The translations under genes were made by a program, and so were the position numbers. The notes under the pieces were generated by a model that was not told where the DNA came from, ran no database searches, and saw only the letters and a list, made by a program, of their open reading frames with translations. A stretch of 64,000 bases of DNA from Alphaproteobacteria bacterium. Lineage in GTDB: Bacteria; Pseudomonadota; Alphaproteobacteria; MPNO01. This document shows, piece by piece, positions 41,718-56,170 of the stretch (positions are counted from its first letter, which is position 1; the number at the start of each line of letters is the position of its first letter). The stretch covers positions 416,001 through 480,000 of the forward strand of contig CBDFLJ010000001.1 in NCBI GenBank assembly GCA_965248835.1, written 5' to 3'.

Positions 41718-42109
41718 GATGCGATCGCGACGCACTCGATCTCGATGTCGAACGGCGCGGGCCAGGATCCGACAGTCACGAACGTGCGCGCCGGCGGGGC
41801 ATCACCGAAATACTCGCGATAGATTGCATTGATCTGCCCGAAATAGGCGGCGTTCGCACAGAACACGGTCGTCTTGACCACCTTGTCGAGACCCGAGCCG
41901 GAAGCCTCGAGGACGGTCTTGAGGTTATCCAGGACCTTACGGGTCTGCGCCTCGATATCGCCCTTGATCATCGCGCCGGCGGCGTAGTCCTTGGGCGGCA
42001 TGCCGGAGACGAATACGAAGTCGCCCGCGCGCACCGCGGCGGACAGCGGCGGATCGCCGGGGCCGGCGGTGTCGCTGATCCCGGGGACGTGCATGATTTC
42101 CTTTTCCAT
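41714..42109 (-). CDS. RidA/YjgF family protein
   Basis: SAAVRAGDFVFVSG, VVKTTVF, N.IY.EYF...PPART, IEIECVA; start ATG 42109. Confidence 0.92.
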   Translation of the reverse strand: MEKEIMHVPGISDTAGPGDPPLSAAVRAGDFVFVSGMPPKDYAAGAMIKGDIEAQTRKVLDNLKTVLEASGSGLDKVVKTTVFCANAAYFGQINAIYREYFGDAPPARTFVTVGSWPAPFDIEIECVAIAS

Positions 42110-42123
42110 AGCCTTCTCCCTTC

Positions 42124-45926
<3,803 letters not shown>

Positions 45927-45931
45927 GAGCC

Positions 45932-46768
45932 CTAGAACATCCAGTCGAAGGCGCGCGCGAAGAACCCGCGGTCGTCCGGCGGACGCGTGTCCCGACCGCT
46001 CGCGAGCGCGTAGCTGTCGCCGTACCACTGGCTGCCGGGATAGTTGTGTCCCAGGACGGAGGCGGCTTTCCGGGCCTCTTCCTGCAACCCCAGCGCAGTG
46101 TGGGCCTCGACCAGCCGGTGCAGGGCTTCGGGCACGTGCGAAGTGGTCTGAAAGTCGTCGACAACGATGCGGAAGCGGTTGATCGCGGCCAGGTAATGCC
46201 CGCGCCTGAGATAGAACCGGCCGACCTCCATCTCCTTGCCCGCAAGATGATCCCTGGTCAGGTCGATCTTGAGCTTGGCATCACGGGCGAAGGCCGTCTC
46301 CGGGAACCGCCTGATGACCTCCTGCAGCGCAGTGAAGGCCTTCTGGGTATTGAGCTGGTCGCGCGAGACGTCGGAGATCTGTTCGTAGTGGCACAGCGCA
46401 CGCAGATAGTAGGCGTAGGCGATGTCGCGGTTTCCCGGATGGAGCTGGATGAACCGGCCGAGCGCGATCAGGGCTTCATCGTAGAGCTTGGCCTGATAGC
46501 TGGCGAAGGCTGCCATGAGCTGGGCCTTGGACGCCCAGACCGAATAGGGGTGCTGACGCTCGACATCGTCGAACAGTTTCGCCGCGGCCAGGTAATCCTC
46601 GCTCTGCAGCGTGTCGACCGCCTGGTTGTAGATCTCGTGGACCGGCCGCTCGACATAGCGCTCGGTGTCTTCGGACTCGCTCGAACCGCAGGCCGCAAGC
46701 AGCAGGATCGATGCGATCAACCCGCATCGACCGCAGAACCGGACCGGCACACTCGACGGTGACGCCAT
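45932..46768 (-). CDS. bamD: outer membrane protein assembly factor BamD
   Basis: lipobox LAAC, ERQHPYS.W, FIQLHPG, RDQ, HLAGKEMEVGRFY, AAINRF, VLGHNYP.S.WY. Confidence 0.96.
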   Translation of the reverse strand: MASPSSVPVRFCGRCGLIASILLLAACGSSESEDTERYVERPVHEIYNQAVDTLQSEDYLAAAKLFDDVERQHPYSVWASKAQLMAAFASYQAKLYDEALIALGRFIQLHPGNRDIAYAYYLRALCHYEQISDVSRDQLNTQKAFTALQEVIRRFPETAFARDAKLKIDLTRDHLAGKEMEVGRFYLRRGHYLAAINRFRIVVDDFQTTSHVPEALHRLVEAHTALGLQEEARKAASVLGHNYPGSQWYGDSYALASGRDTRPPDDRGFFARAFDWMF

Positions 46769-46871
46769 CCATACCTCGATGTCTCGCGCGCACGGCCGGC
46801 GTGCGCGGCAGCGAGTATACCATGGCGACGGTTCGAGCTTAAGCCGCCCGGGCCGGGCTGGCCCGGCGTTT

Positions 46872-46943
46872 CATGCCGCTGCGCCGACCGGCACGGCGGC
46901 ATGCAGGCCGCACCCCGCCTCGCCGGTCGACGAGGCGGGGTGC
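46872..46943 (-). terminator. two GC-rich hairpins directly after ftsZ
   Basis: GCACCCCGCCTCG (46910-46922)/CGAGGCGGGGTGC (46931-46943) perfect 13-bp stem; CATGCCGC/GCGGCATG (46872-46903); no clear U-tract. Confidence 0.5.
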
Positions 46944-46948
46944 TCCGG

Positions 46949-48553
46949 TCAGTTCGCCTGGCGCCGAAGGAAGGCCGGGATGTCCAGAAGGTCGTCCTCG
47001 CTGCCGGCGCTGGGCGCGGTATCCTCGGGGACGAACTCATCGAACGTCGGCTGAGCCGGCGCGGTGGCCCGTGCGGTCGCGGCGTCCGGTTCCAGCTTCG
47101 GCTCCGGTGGTAGCAGCGGCGGCGCGGACGCCGGGGCGCGGGGCTCCAGGACCGGGCTGATCGGCGCGATTGCCGGCTCGTCCTCGGCGACCTCGCGTCG
47201 GCGCCGTGTCTTGCTGCCCCCCGTCATGCGCTCGAGCAGGCTCGGGCTGCGCCGCTGCTGATGTTCCGGCTCGTCCTCTTTCACGGTCGCGGAAAATTCG
47301 AGCCAAGCACTTCCGATCTCCCGGGAACCGATGTCGAGGTCGATGGCCAGCTCCTCGTCCAACACCTCGTCCAGCGGCGGATGCCCGACCGGATCGGCCG
47401 GCTCGTCGAAGGACGCCACAATAGCAGGCTCCGGATCGTCTTGCGGCTCCGGCGCCGGTTCGTCGATTGCCAGCATCGGCCGCATCGCGGCAGCGGGCGG
47501 CGGGGTGGCGGCCGGCGGCGGCACGGCAGCGGCTTTCTTCGCCTCGGTCACCACCTTGAGCACCGGCTTGGCCGGCATGCCGGCCTCGACCTCGATGCCG
47601 GTCGCAACGACGGAGACCCGCATGCGCTCCCCGAGGTTGGGGTCCAAGGTCGAGCCGAAGATGATGTTGGCTTCCGGGTCGACTTCCTGACCGATCCGGT
47701 TGGCTGCCTCGTCGACCTCGAACAGGGTCATTTCGGGGCCGCCGGTGATGTTGATCAGCACCCCGCGTGCGCCCTTCATCGACACCTCGTCGAGCAGCGG
47801 GTTGGAAATCGCCGCCTCGGCGGCCACGGTCGCGCGCTGCTCGCCCTCGGCCTCGCCGGTGCCCATCATGGCCTTGCCCATCTCGCCCATCACCGTGCGG
47901 ATGTCGGCGAAGTCGAGGTTGATCAGGCCGGGCACGACCATCAGATCGGTGATGCCGCGCACGCCGGAATGGAGAACCTGGTCGGCCATCGCGAAGGCAT
48001 CGGCGAATGTCGTCTTCTCGTTGGCCACCCTGAACAGGTTCTGGTTCGGGATCACGATCAGGGTGTCGACATATTGCTGCATCTCCTGGATGCCGGCGTC
48101 GGCAATGCGCGCGCGGTTGACGCCTTCGAAGTTGAAGGGCTTGGTGACCACACCGAGGGTGAGGATGCCATGCTCGCGGGCGAGCCGCGCGATGACCGGC
48201 GCCGCGCCGGTGCCGGTGCCGCCGCCCATGCCGCCGGTGACGAACACCATGTTGGTGCCGGACAGGTGGTCGGCCAGCTCCTCTATCGCCTCTTCGGCCG
48301 CGGCGCGCCCGATCTCCGGACGGGCCCCGGCGCCCAGGCCGTGGGTGATGTTCTGGCCGAGTTGGATCTTGCGCTCGGCCAGAGACTGGACCAGCGATTG
48401 GGCATCGGTGTTGGCAACGAGGAAATCGACCCCCTCGAGCTTGGCGTTGATCATGTTGTTGACCGCGTTGCCGCCCGCGCCACCCACGCCGATCACTGTG
48501 ATTCTCGGTTTCAATGCACTCTCCTGCTGCGGGACCGAAAGGTTGATGGTCAT
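46949..48553 (-). CDS. ftsZ: cell division protein FtsZ
   Basis: [27 protein letters not shown]-terminal [12 protein letters not shown]. Confidence 0.99.
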   Translation of the reverse strand: MTINLSVPQQESALKPRITVIGVGGAGGNAVNNMINAKLEGVDFLVANTDAQSLVQSLAERKIQLGQNITHGLGAGARPEIGRAAAEEAIEELADHLSGTNMVFVTGGMGGGTGTGAAPVIARLAREHGILTLGVVTKPFNFEGVNRARIADAGIQEMQQYVDTLIVIPNQNLFRVANEKTTFADAFAMADQVLHSGVRGITDLMVVPGLINLDFADIRTVMGEMGKAMMGTGEAEGEQRATVAAEAAISNPLLDEVSMKGARGVLINITGGPEMTLFEVDEAANRIGQEVDPEANIIFGSTLDPNLGERMRVSVVATGIEVEAGMPAKPVLKVVTEAKKAAAVPPPAATPPPAAAMRPMLAIDEPAPEPQDDPEPAIVASFDEPADPVGHPPLDEVLDEELAIDLDIGSREIGSAWLEFSATVKEDEPEHQQRRSPSLLERMTGGSKTRRRREVAEDEPAIAPISPVLEPRAPASAPPLLPPEPKLEPDAATARATAPAQPTFDEFVPEDTAPSAGSEDDLLDIPAFLRRQAN

Positions 48554-48584
48554 CAGCGTCTCCTCGCTCTAAGGATTGGTGTGT

Positions 48585-49829
48585 TCATTGGATGCTCTCG
48601 CGTAGCCATTGACCCAGCCGGCCGAGCTTGCCGTTGGGGTCTGCGGTGCCGCGCACCGCGAAATCGGGCTGGCCGTGGCGCTCCAGGGCGAACCTCAGCA
48701 GTCCCGCCACGGTCGAGAACGCAGGACCGCTGACCGCCTCGGCCAACCCGTTCATGCGCATCGGCCGACCGAGCCGGACCTGCTTTCCGAGCATCAGGGT
48801 TGCAAGCTCTCGCACGCCGGCAAGCTGGCTCGCCCCGCCGGTCAGAACCATCCGCCTGCCCGCGAACCGGGCCATGCCGTTGGCCTCCAGCCGGTCGCGG
48901 ACGAGCTCGAAGATCTCCTCCACCCGGGGCCGGATGATGCCGACCAGCAGTGAGCGCGGAACGTGGTTGGGCTGGTTGCGGTCCTCCTCGCCGACCAACG
49001 GGACGTCGATCAGCTCCTGCTCATCGGACGGCGAGGGCAGCACGCTGCCATAGAGCACCTTCATCCGCTCAGCATGGACCAGCGGCGTCGACAGCCCGCG
49101 GGCAATGTCCTTGGTGACGTGCCCACCGCCCAGCGGAACCACGTCGGTCAGGACCACATGGCCGTCGTAGAAGACCGCTAGCGACGTCGTCCCGCCGCCC
49201 AGGTCGACCACCGTGGTCCCAAGGTCGATTTCGTCCTCGACCAGGCAGGCCAGACCCGCCGCATAGGGCGATACCACGACCTCCTCGATATCGAGGTGGC
49301 AGCGCGAGACGCAGGTCGTGAGGTTCTTCAGCGCGCCGGACTCCGCGCTGACAAGGTGCATGTCCACGCCCAGGCGCTGGCCGTACATGCCGCGCGGGTC
49401 GTGAATACCCCGGTTGCCGTCGATGTTGTAGGCGATGGGGATGCAGTGGATCAGCGAGCGGTTGTCGCCGCCGTTGCGTGTCAGACCGTGCCCGTAGACC
49501 CGGCGAAGATCCGCATCGCCCACCTCGTGGCCGTCGATCTGCACCTCCACGCCGAACATCCGCGAGGACGGCCGGCCGGCGGAAATGTTGGTGATCACCG
49601 AGCGCAGCCGCTCCCCGGCGAGCTCCTCGGCCGCGCTGACCGCGGTCAGGATCGCGGTCTCGGCCGCCTGCATGTCGACAATCGCGCCGGCGCGCACGCC
49701 GCGCGCGGCATGATGACCGATGCCGCTTACCCGCATGCCGCCTTCGGGCCGCAAGGAGGCGATCAGGCAGGCGATCTTGGAGCTGCCGATGTCGAGTGCG
49801 GCAAGCACGCCGTTGCGCGGCTTGGCCAT
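48585..49829 (-). CDS. ftsA: cell division protein FtsA
   Basis: LDIGSSKIAC, VDLGGGTT, GG.HVTKDIA, AERMK..YG, VLTGGASQL; start ATG 49829. Confidence 0.97.
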   Translation of the reverse strand: MAKPRNGVLAALDIGSSKIACLIASLRPEGGMRVSGIGHHAARGVRAGAIVDMQAAETAILTAVSAAEELAGERLRSVITNISAGRPSSRMFGVEVQIDGHEVGDADLRRVYGHGLTRNGGDNRSLIHCIPIAYNIDGNRGIHDPRGMYGQRLGVDMHLVSAESGALKNLTTCVSRCHLDIEEVVVSPYAAGLACLVEDEIDLGTTVVDLGGGTTSLAVFYDGHVVLTDVVPLGGGHVTKDIARGLSTPLVHAERMKVLYGSVLPSPSDEQELIDVPLVGEEDRNQPNHVPRSLLVGIIRPRVEEIFELVRDRLEANGMARFAGRRMVLTGGASQLAGVRELATLMLGKQVRLGRPMRMNGLAEAVSGPAFSTVAGLLRFALERHGQPDFAVRGTADPNGKLGRLGQWLRESIQ

Positions 49830-50650
49830 CAGCGTTGTCCTCCCGGCTGCGGTCCGGGCGCATCGCTGCGGGTGACGACGATGCGGTCGGAAATCCTGAG
49901 ATCGATCGCCGAGATTTGGCGCGCGAGCAGCGCATGGCGCCGCTCGAGCCGCGCAAGCATGCGCCAGGCCGCTTCCTCGCCCGCCTCGGGCAGCCGCACA
50001 TCGATGCCGTTGTCGAGCCGCAGGTCCCAGCGCCGCTCGCCGACCCGGATGACCGCCTCGACCCGGCTGCCGAGATCGGGTTCGGTGGAGAGCGTCGCGA
50101 AAAGTTGCTTGGCGGCCTGGGGCGTGCGCGTGCCGACGATCAGCGGCAATCCGGCGAAGCGATGGAGGTCGCGCTCGGCGAGCACGATCCCCGCCTCGTC
50201 GATCAGGAACAGGCTGCCGCCGCGCTGCCACAGCGCGAAGGGCCGGCGTTCGACGATCTCGATCACCGCGGTGCCGGGCAGGAGGCGGGAGACGACCGCC
50301 CGCTCGATCCACGCCATGCGCTCCAGGCGGGTGCGGATCGCCGCCGGGTCGAAGGCGAGGATCGGCGCGCCGAGCCGCAACTCCGATTCGCCCAGGACCG
50401 CCTCGCGTGTGATGTGGCCGTTGCCGGTGATGCGAATCTCGCGGATGTATAGGCCGAGATCGGCTGAAGCCGCGACTGCCGCCTTGCGGGCGTGGGCGGC
50501 GTAACCCGGCGCGAGGCCGGATTGCCAGAGCCAGGCCGGTCCCCCGAGGGTGAGCACGACGAAAACCGCGGCCAGCGACAGGGCCGTCACCCTGCGCGCG
50601 CGCGCGAGGTGTGCCCTCAAGACTTCGCGGCGCGGCCCAGTCCGGTTCAT
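49829..50650 (-). CDS. ftsQ: cell division protein FtsQ
   Basis: single TM, POTRA (WI..A.VSR.LP...I.IVER.PFALWQ), RRWDL, IDLR; between ddl and ftsA. Confidence 0.92.
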   Translation of the reverse strand: MNRTGPRREVLRAHLARARRVTALSLAAVFVVLTLGGPAWLWQSGLAPGYAAHARKAAVAASADLGLYIREIRITGNGHITREAVLGESELRLGAPILAFDPAAIRTRLERMAWIERAVVSRLLPGTAVIEIVERRPFALWQRGGSLFLIDEAGIVLAERDLHRFAGLPLIVGTRTPQAAKQLFATLSTEPDLGSRVEAVIRVGERRWDLRLDNGIDVRLPEAGEEAAWRMLARLERRHALLARQISAIDLRISDRIVVTRSDAPGPQPGGQR

Positions 50651-51567
50651 CCGTCGCACCGTGCTTGCTCCACCATCCAGCTCACCAGGGTTGCGAAGTC
50701 GACGCCGGCATGGGCCGCGAGCTCCGGCACCAGCGACAGCGGGGTCATGCCGGGCTGGGTGTTGACCTCGAGCAGATAGACCGCCTCCGGCCCGCCAGCG
50801 GTATCGTCGTAGCGCAGGTCGGCTCGCGACACGCCGCGGCAGCCAAGCGCCTTGTGGGCGGCGAGCGAGACGCTCATGGCCTTCGCGTAGACGGTCTCGG
50901 GCAGCGGCGCGGGGATCAGGTGCTCCGCCACCCCTTCGGTATATTTTGCCGTGTAGTCGTAGAACCCGACCTTGGGGCGGATCTCGGTCACGCCCAGCGC
51001 ACGCTCGCCCATCACCGCAACGGTGATCTCCCGACCCGGCACATAGCGCTCGACCATCACGGTCTCGCCGAACGGCCAGTCGTCTTCGATGAACGGCGCA
51101 TCTTCGGCGTCTTCGGTGACGATGCGCACGCCGAGGCTGGAGCCCTCGTTGAGCGGCTTGATCACGTAGGGCCGTTCCATCGGCTCGCCCACAATCACCG
51201 CTTCGCGGGAGGCGATGATGTGCTCGGAACAACGGATCCCGGCATCGCGGTAGAGCCGCTTCGCCATCGGCTTGTCCATCGCCAGCGCGGATGCCAGCAC
51301 ACCGGAATGGGTGTAGGGAATTCCCAGAATCTCCAGCAGGCCCTGGACCCGCCCGTCCTCGCCGTAACGGCCGTGCAACGCGTTGAAGACCACGTCCGGC
51401 GCCGGGTCGAGCGCCGGCGCAATCGCAGCGATATCCCGGCCGACATCGAGCGTGGCGGCATCGTAGCCGGCCTGCCGCAACGCCTCGGCGACCGCATTGC
51501 CGCTGACCAGAGAAACCTCGCGCTCGCGCGAGATACCGCCCATCAGGACCATGACCGACTTAGCCAT
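50647..51567 (-). CDS. ddl: D-alanine--D-alanine ligase
   Basis: GGIS.EREVSL.SG, NALHG..GEDG, YTHSGVLASALAMDK, FYDY.AKY, EVNTQPGMT. Confidence 0.97.
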   Translation of the reverse strand: MAKSVMVLMGGISREREVSLVSGNAVAEALRQAGYDAATLDVGRDIAAIAPALDPAPDVVFNALHGRYGEDGRVQGLLEILGIPYTHSGVLASALAMDKPMAKRLYRDAGIRCSEHIIASREAVIVGEPMERPYVIKPLNEGSSLGVRIVTEDAEDAPFIEDDWPFGETVMVERYVPGREITVAVMGERALGVTEIRPKVGFYDYTAKYTEGVAEHLIPAPLPETVYAKAMSVSLAAHKALGCRGVSRADLRYDDTAGGPEAVYLLEVNTQPGMTPLSLVPELAAHAGVDFATLVSWMVEQARCDG

Positions 51568-52495
51568 CGCCGCCTCGCCCGGCCGCTTGGCCAAGACGTT
51601 CGATCTCCCACTCGAGCACAGCGCCGGTGCGCTCCTCGACCCGGCGGCGCACCTCCTCGCCCAGCGATTCCAGCTCACCCGCACTCGCACCACCGGTGTT
51701 GATCAGAAAGTTCGCGTGCTGGTCGGAGACCTGCGCGGCCCCGACGCGCAGGCCTCGGCACCCGGCCTGATCGATCAGCGCCCAGGCCGCACCGCCCGGC
51801 GGGTTCTTGAAGGTGCTGCCACCGGTGCGCGAGCGTACCGGTTGGGTTTCCCGGCGCGAGGCCGCGATCTGCTCCATCCTGGCCGATATCGCCGCGCGCG
51901 AATCTCCGGCCCCGCGCAGGTGCGCGGCAACGAAGATCCACCGGGGCGGGACCGCACACGACCGGTAGCCGTAGCCCAACGCATCGCCGTCCAGGTGATG
52001 GCTCGTTCCTGCGGGATCGAGCGCCGTGGCGCTGACGATCACGTCCTTGATCTCGCCGCCGTAGGCACCTGCGTTCATCCGCAAGGCGCCGCCGATCGTG
52101 CCCGGGATGCCGCACAGGAATTCGAGGTCGCCGATGCCGGCATCGCGGCAGGCGCGCGCGACGGTGACGTCCATCGCACCGGCGCCGACGCGGACGTCCA
52201 CACCGGAACAGGCGATCTCCGCGAACGGGCGGCCCAGGCGGACAACGACGCCTGCGATCCCGCCGTCGCGCACGAGCACGTTCGAGCCGACGCCGAGGAC
52301 GGTGACCGGCACTTCGCGGGGCCGCGCGCGCAGGAACGCGGCGAGGTCGGCGGCGTCGGCCGGCTCGAACAGGATCTCCGCCGGCCCGCCGACGCGGAAC
52401 CACATGGTGTCGGCGAGCCGGGCCTGCGTAGTGATGCGGCCGCGCACCGGCGGCAGCCGATCGACCAGGCGGGGCTCCAGCGACGCCGCCATCAT
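51560..52495 (-). CDS. murB: UDP-N-acetylenolpyruvoylglucosamine reductase
   Basis: [60 protein letters not shown]. Confidence 0.97.
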   Translation of the reverse strand: MMAASLEPRLVDRLPPVRGRITTQARLADTMWFRVGGPAEILFEPADAADLAAFLRARPREVPVTVLGVGSNVLVRDGGIAGVVVRLGRPFAEIACSGVDVRVGAGAMDVTVARACRDAGIGDLEFLCGIPGTIGGALRMNAGAYGGEIKDVIVSATALDPAGTSHHLDGDALGYGYRSCAVPPRWIFVAAHLRGAGDSRAAISARMEQIAASRRETQPVRSRTGGSTFKNPPGGAAWALIDQAGCRGLRVGAAQVSDQHANFLINTGGASAGELESLGEEVRRRVEERTGAVLEWEIERLGQAAGRGGDG

Positions 52496-53934
52496 GATCC
52501 GATCTCCCGGCCGGCCGCGGACGGCGCCTCGAACAGCGCGTCGAGCCGTTGCGGTAAGGCGTTGGCCCAGGCGGTGATGCTGCCGGCACCGAGGCAGACG
52601 ACCAGATCGCCGGGCCCGCACAAATCGGCGATCACCTCGGCCAGCGTCTCCGGGTCCTCCAGCGCCAGCACGCTGCGGTGGCCGCGCGCGCGCAGGCCCG
52701 CGACCAGCCGATCGCGGTCATAACCCTCGATCGGCGCCTCGCCGGCGGGATAGACCTCGGCGACGATCACCATGTCGGCGTCGTTGAAGCAGGTGCAGAA
52801 ATCCTCGAACAGGTTGGCGAGCCGGCTGTAGCGATGGGGCTGGACGACCGCGACCACCGCACGCTGGCAACTTGCCCGGGCAGCGGCCAGGACCGCGGCA
52901 ATCTCTACCGGGTGGTGGCCGTAATCGTCGATGACGGTGATGCCGCCGGCCTCGCCGGTCCGGGTGAACCGCCGCTTGACGCCGCTGAAGCCGGCGAGCC
53001 CGCGCCTGATCGTCTCCTCGGCGATGCCCATCTCGGTGGCTATCGCGATCGCCGCCAGCGCATTCTGGACATTGTGGTTTCCAGCCATCGGCAGCACGAG
53101 CCCGCAAAGCGTCCTGGTCTGGCCAGTGTTTCGTTCGGCGATCACCACATCGAAACGCGACCCGGTGGCCAGGGTCGCGACATTGACCGCCCGGAAATCG
53201 GCCTGAGGACTCATCCCGTAGGTCAGCAACCGCCGATCGGAGACCTTGTGGATCAGCCCCTGCACCTCGGGGTGGTCGATGCACAAGGCGGCGAACCCGT
53301 AGAACGGGATGTTGGCGACGAAGGAGACGAATGCCCGCCGCAGGTCGGCGAAGGAGCCGTAGAAATCCAGATGCTCCGGGTTGATGTTGGTGACCACCGC
53401 GACGGTCGCCGGCAGCTTGACGAACGAGCCGTCGGACTCGTCGGCCTCGACGACGATCCACTCGCCGTCGCCGCGCCGCGCGTTGGTGCCGTAGGCGTTG
53501 ATTATCCCGCCGTTGATCACCGTCGGATCGAGGTCGGCGGCCTCCAGCAGGGCGGCGACGATCGAGGTGGTGGTGGTCTTGCCGTGGGTGCCGCCGACTG
53601 CGATCGACCATTTGAGGCGCATGATCTCGGCAAGCATCTCGGCGCGGCGGACGATCGGGATCAGCCGGGTCCGGGCATCGACGACCTCGGGGTTCCCGGA
53701 CGTGATCGCCGAGCTGGTCACGACGACCGTCGCATCGCCGAGATTGGCCGCGTCGTGGCCGACATGGACCGTGATCCCGAGGTCGCGCAGCCTGACGACG
53801 TTGGCGCTTTCGGCGACGTCGCTGCCTTGGACGCGGTAGCCGAGATTGTGCAGCACCTCGGCGATGCCGCTCATGCCGATGCCGCCGATGCCGACGAAAT
53901 GGATGGTGCCGACCGAAAGGGGCAGAGGTCTCAT
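52492..53934 (-). CDS. murC: UDP-N-acetylmuramate--L-alanine ligase
   Basis: [50 protein letters not shown]. Confidence 0.98.
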   Translation of the reverse strand: MRPLPLSVGTIHFVGIGGIGMSGIAEVLHNLGYRVQGSDVAESANVVRLRDLGITVHVGHDAANLGDATVVVTSSAITSGNPEVVDARTRLIPIVRRAEMLAEIMRLKWSIAVGGTHGKTTTTSIVAALLEAADLDPTVINGGIINAYGTNARRGDGEWIVVEADESDGSFVKLPATVAVVTNINPEHLDFYGSFADLRRAFVSFVANIPFYGFAALCIDHPEVQGLIHKVSDRRLLTYGMSPQADFRAVNVATLATGSRFDVVIAERNTGQTRTLCGLVLPMAGNHNVQNALAAIAIATEMGIAEETIRRGLAGFSGVKRRFTRTGEAGGITVIDDYGHHPVEIAAVLAAARASCQRAVVAVVQPHRYSRLANLFEDFCTCFNDADMVIVAEVYPAGEAPIEGYDRDRLVAGLRARGHRSVLALEDPETLAEVIADLCGPGDLVVCLGAGSITAWANALPQRLDALFEAPSAAGREIGS

Positions 53935-55052
53935 GCCGCCCTGCTCCGTGAAGCGGGGCCCTCGCGCCGGACGATGCGCTCGACCTGGTCGGCAAGCAGC
54001 GCAGCAGCGTCGGGCATCGCCATCGCGCGGATGGCGGCGGCGGCATGGGCGAGCGCGGCGTCATCGCACAGCAGTCCCGCCAGCCGGTCGGCCAGAGCCT
54101 GGGCGGTGAATTCGGTCTCGGGCATCACCCAGGCGGCACCCTGGGCCTCCAGCGCCCGCGCGTTGGCGAGCTGGTGGTCGTCGGCGGCAAGGCGGTAAGG
54201 GACCAGGATCGCCGGGCGGGCAATTGTCATCAGCTCGGTGATCGACGAAGCCCCGGCGCGGGTGACAACCACGCTCGCCTGCCCCATCCGGTCGGGGAGG
54301 TCGTCGAAAAAGGCCTTCACCTCGGCGTCAGCCGCGATCTCGCGGTAGGCCGCCGCAACGCGGTCGCAATCCTCCGGGCGGGCCTGCTGGACGATGCGCA
54401 AGCCCGCCCGTGCCGGCTCCGGCAGAAGCGCGACCGCCGCGGGCACCACGTCGCTCAGGATCCGCGCGCCCTGGCTGCCGCCGATGATCAGGACCATGTC
54501 GGGTTGGGGCCTCGAATAGGGCAAGCCGCCGCGCGCGGCCGCGGCCGCGCGCACCGGGTTGCCGGTGTGCACGGTCTTGCGCGCGTCGTTCGGGCGCAGG
54601 CCGGCAACGGCGGCGAAGCCGGTCGCGATGACATCCACCCGCGGCGCAAGCACCGCGTTGGCCCGGCCGAGCACGGCGTTCTGTTCGTGGATCATCGTCG
54701 GCAGCGCGGCTCTTGTGGCGGCGAACACCGTCGGCACCGAGGGGTAGCCGCCGAAGCCGACGACGGCCGCGGGCCCGATGCGGGCGAGCAGGCGGCGGGC
54801 CTGGAGCCAGCCGCGGCACAGCGACGCGGCACCCCGCGCCTTGCCGCCGATGCCGCCGGTCGGCGAGCGCGCGGCGATGCGGTGGACCGGTGTGGCGGCC
54901 GCCCCGCCGCCGAACCCCGCCCCCCGGGCGTCGCTGATCAGCACCGTCGCCCGGCCGCGGTCGCGGAGCGCGCCGGCCAGCGCCTCGGCAGGGAACATAT
55001 GGCCGCCGGTGCCGCCGGCGGCCAGGACGACGGGGCGTGCCGCGGCGTTCAT
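53931..55052 (-). CDS. murG: undecaprenyl-PP-MurNAc-pentapeptide GlcNAc transferase
   Basis: [42 protein letters not shown]. Confidence 0.97.
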   Translation of the reverse strand: MNAAARPVVLAAGGTGGHMFPAEALAGALRDRGRATVLISDARGAGFGGGAAATPVHRIAARSPTGGIGGKARGAASLCRGWLQARRLLARIGPAAVVGFGGYPSVPTVFAATRAALPTMIHEQNAVLGRANAVLAPRVDVIATGFAAVAGLRPNDARKTVHTGNPVRAAAAARGGLPYSRPQPDMVLIIGGSQGARILSDVVPAAVALLPEPARAGLRIVQQARPEDCDRVAAAYREIAADAEVKAFFDDLPDRMGQASVVVTRAGASSITELMTIARPAILVPYRLAADDHQLANARALEAQGAAWVMPETEFTAQALADRLAGLLCDDAALAHAAAAIRAMAMPDAAALLADQVERIVRREGPASRSRAA

Positions 55053-56170
55053 AGCGGCTCTCCGCCGACCCGGCGCCGGGTCAGAGCCAGCACCATGCCG
55101 ATCGCCAACGCCACCGCGATCATCGACGAGCCGCCATAGGAGATGAACGGCAGCGTCATTCCCTTGGTCGGGATCAGCCGCAGCGTGGAGCCCATGTGAA
55201 CCGCCGCTTGCAGGCCGAACTGGACCAAGAGTCCGGTGAGCGCGATCATCACGTAGAGGCTGGTCTCCTGAAGTGCATGGAACAGGCCGCGCAGAACGAC
55301 GACGGCGAACAGGCCGAGGATGGCAAGGCAGGCGATCAGGCCGAACTCCTCGCCGGCGACCGCGAAGATGAAGTCGGCGTGGGCATCGGGCAGGCTCTCC
55401 TTGACCGTGCCTTCGCCCGGGCCGCGGCCCAGCAAGCCGCCGTTCATGAAGGCCTGCAACGACCTGTCGACCTGGAAGCTGTCGCCCGACCCGGGATCGA
55501 GGAAGAGGTCGATGCGGTTGGCGACATGGGGCAGCAGCAGATAGGCGCCGATCATCGATCCGAGGGCGCCTGCGGCAAGCCCGACCGCCCAGGACAGCGC
55601 GAGCCCGGCCAGCAGGAACTGCGCGAACCAGGCCGCGGTGACGACGCAGGCCATGCCGATATCGGGCTGCAGGATCAGCAGCCCGACCACCAGAACGAAC
55701 AGCCCGACGGCGGCGGTCCGTCCCTCCGACCGGCCCGCTTCGCGGTACTGGGCAAAGCCCCAGGCGGCGACGATGGCCAAGGATGGCTTGATGAACTCGG
55801 AAGGTTGGACCGACAGCGGGCCGAGATCGAGCCAACGCCGCGCGCCGTTGATCTGCTCGCCGGCGAAAAAGGTCACAGCGATCCCGGACAGCGCCAGGCC
55901 GAAGACGGCGAACGCCAGTCGGCGCACCGCCCTGGGCGACAGCAGCGAGACGCCGATCATGATCGCGCAGGCCAGCGGCATATAGGCGACCTGGCGCCAC
56001 GCCAAATGGTAGGGGTCCAGCCGCAGGCGCTCCGCAACCGACGGGCTCGCCGCCAGCACCAGCAGGACGCCGCAGGCCAGCAGAAGCGCGACCGCGGCCA
56101 GGGTCCACCGGTCGATCGTCCACCACCAGCGCCCGAGGACCGATGTGTCGGTGCGGGTGAACGCGCTCAT
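55049..56170 (-). CDS. ftsW: SEDS peptidoglycan polymerase FtsW
   Basis: WWWTIDR, GARRW, QPSEFIKP, QPDIG, LPDAHADFIF, PTKGMTLPFISYGGSS. Confidence 0.97.
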   Translation of the reverse strand: MSAFTRTDTSVLGRWWWTIDRWTLAAVALLLACGVLLVLAASPSVAERLRLDPYHLAWRQVAYMPLACAIMIGVSLLSPRAVRRLAFAVFGLALSGIAVTFFAGEQINGARRWLDLGPLSVQPSEFIKPSLAIVAAWGFAQYREAGRSEGRTAAVGLFVLVVGLLILQPDIGMACVVTAAWFAQFLLAGLALSWAVGLAAGALGSMIGAYLLLPHVANRIDLFLDPGSGDSFQVDRSLQAFMNGGLLGRGPGEGTVKESLPDAHADFIFAVAGEEFGLIACLAILGLFAVVVLRGLFHALQETSLYVMIALTGLLVQFGLQAAVHMGSTLRLIPTKGMTLPFISYGGSSMIAVALAIGMVLALTRRRVGGEPL

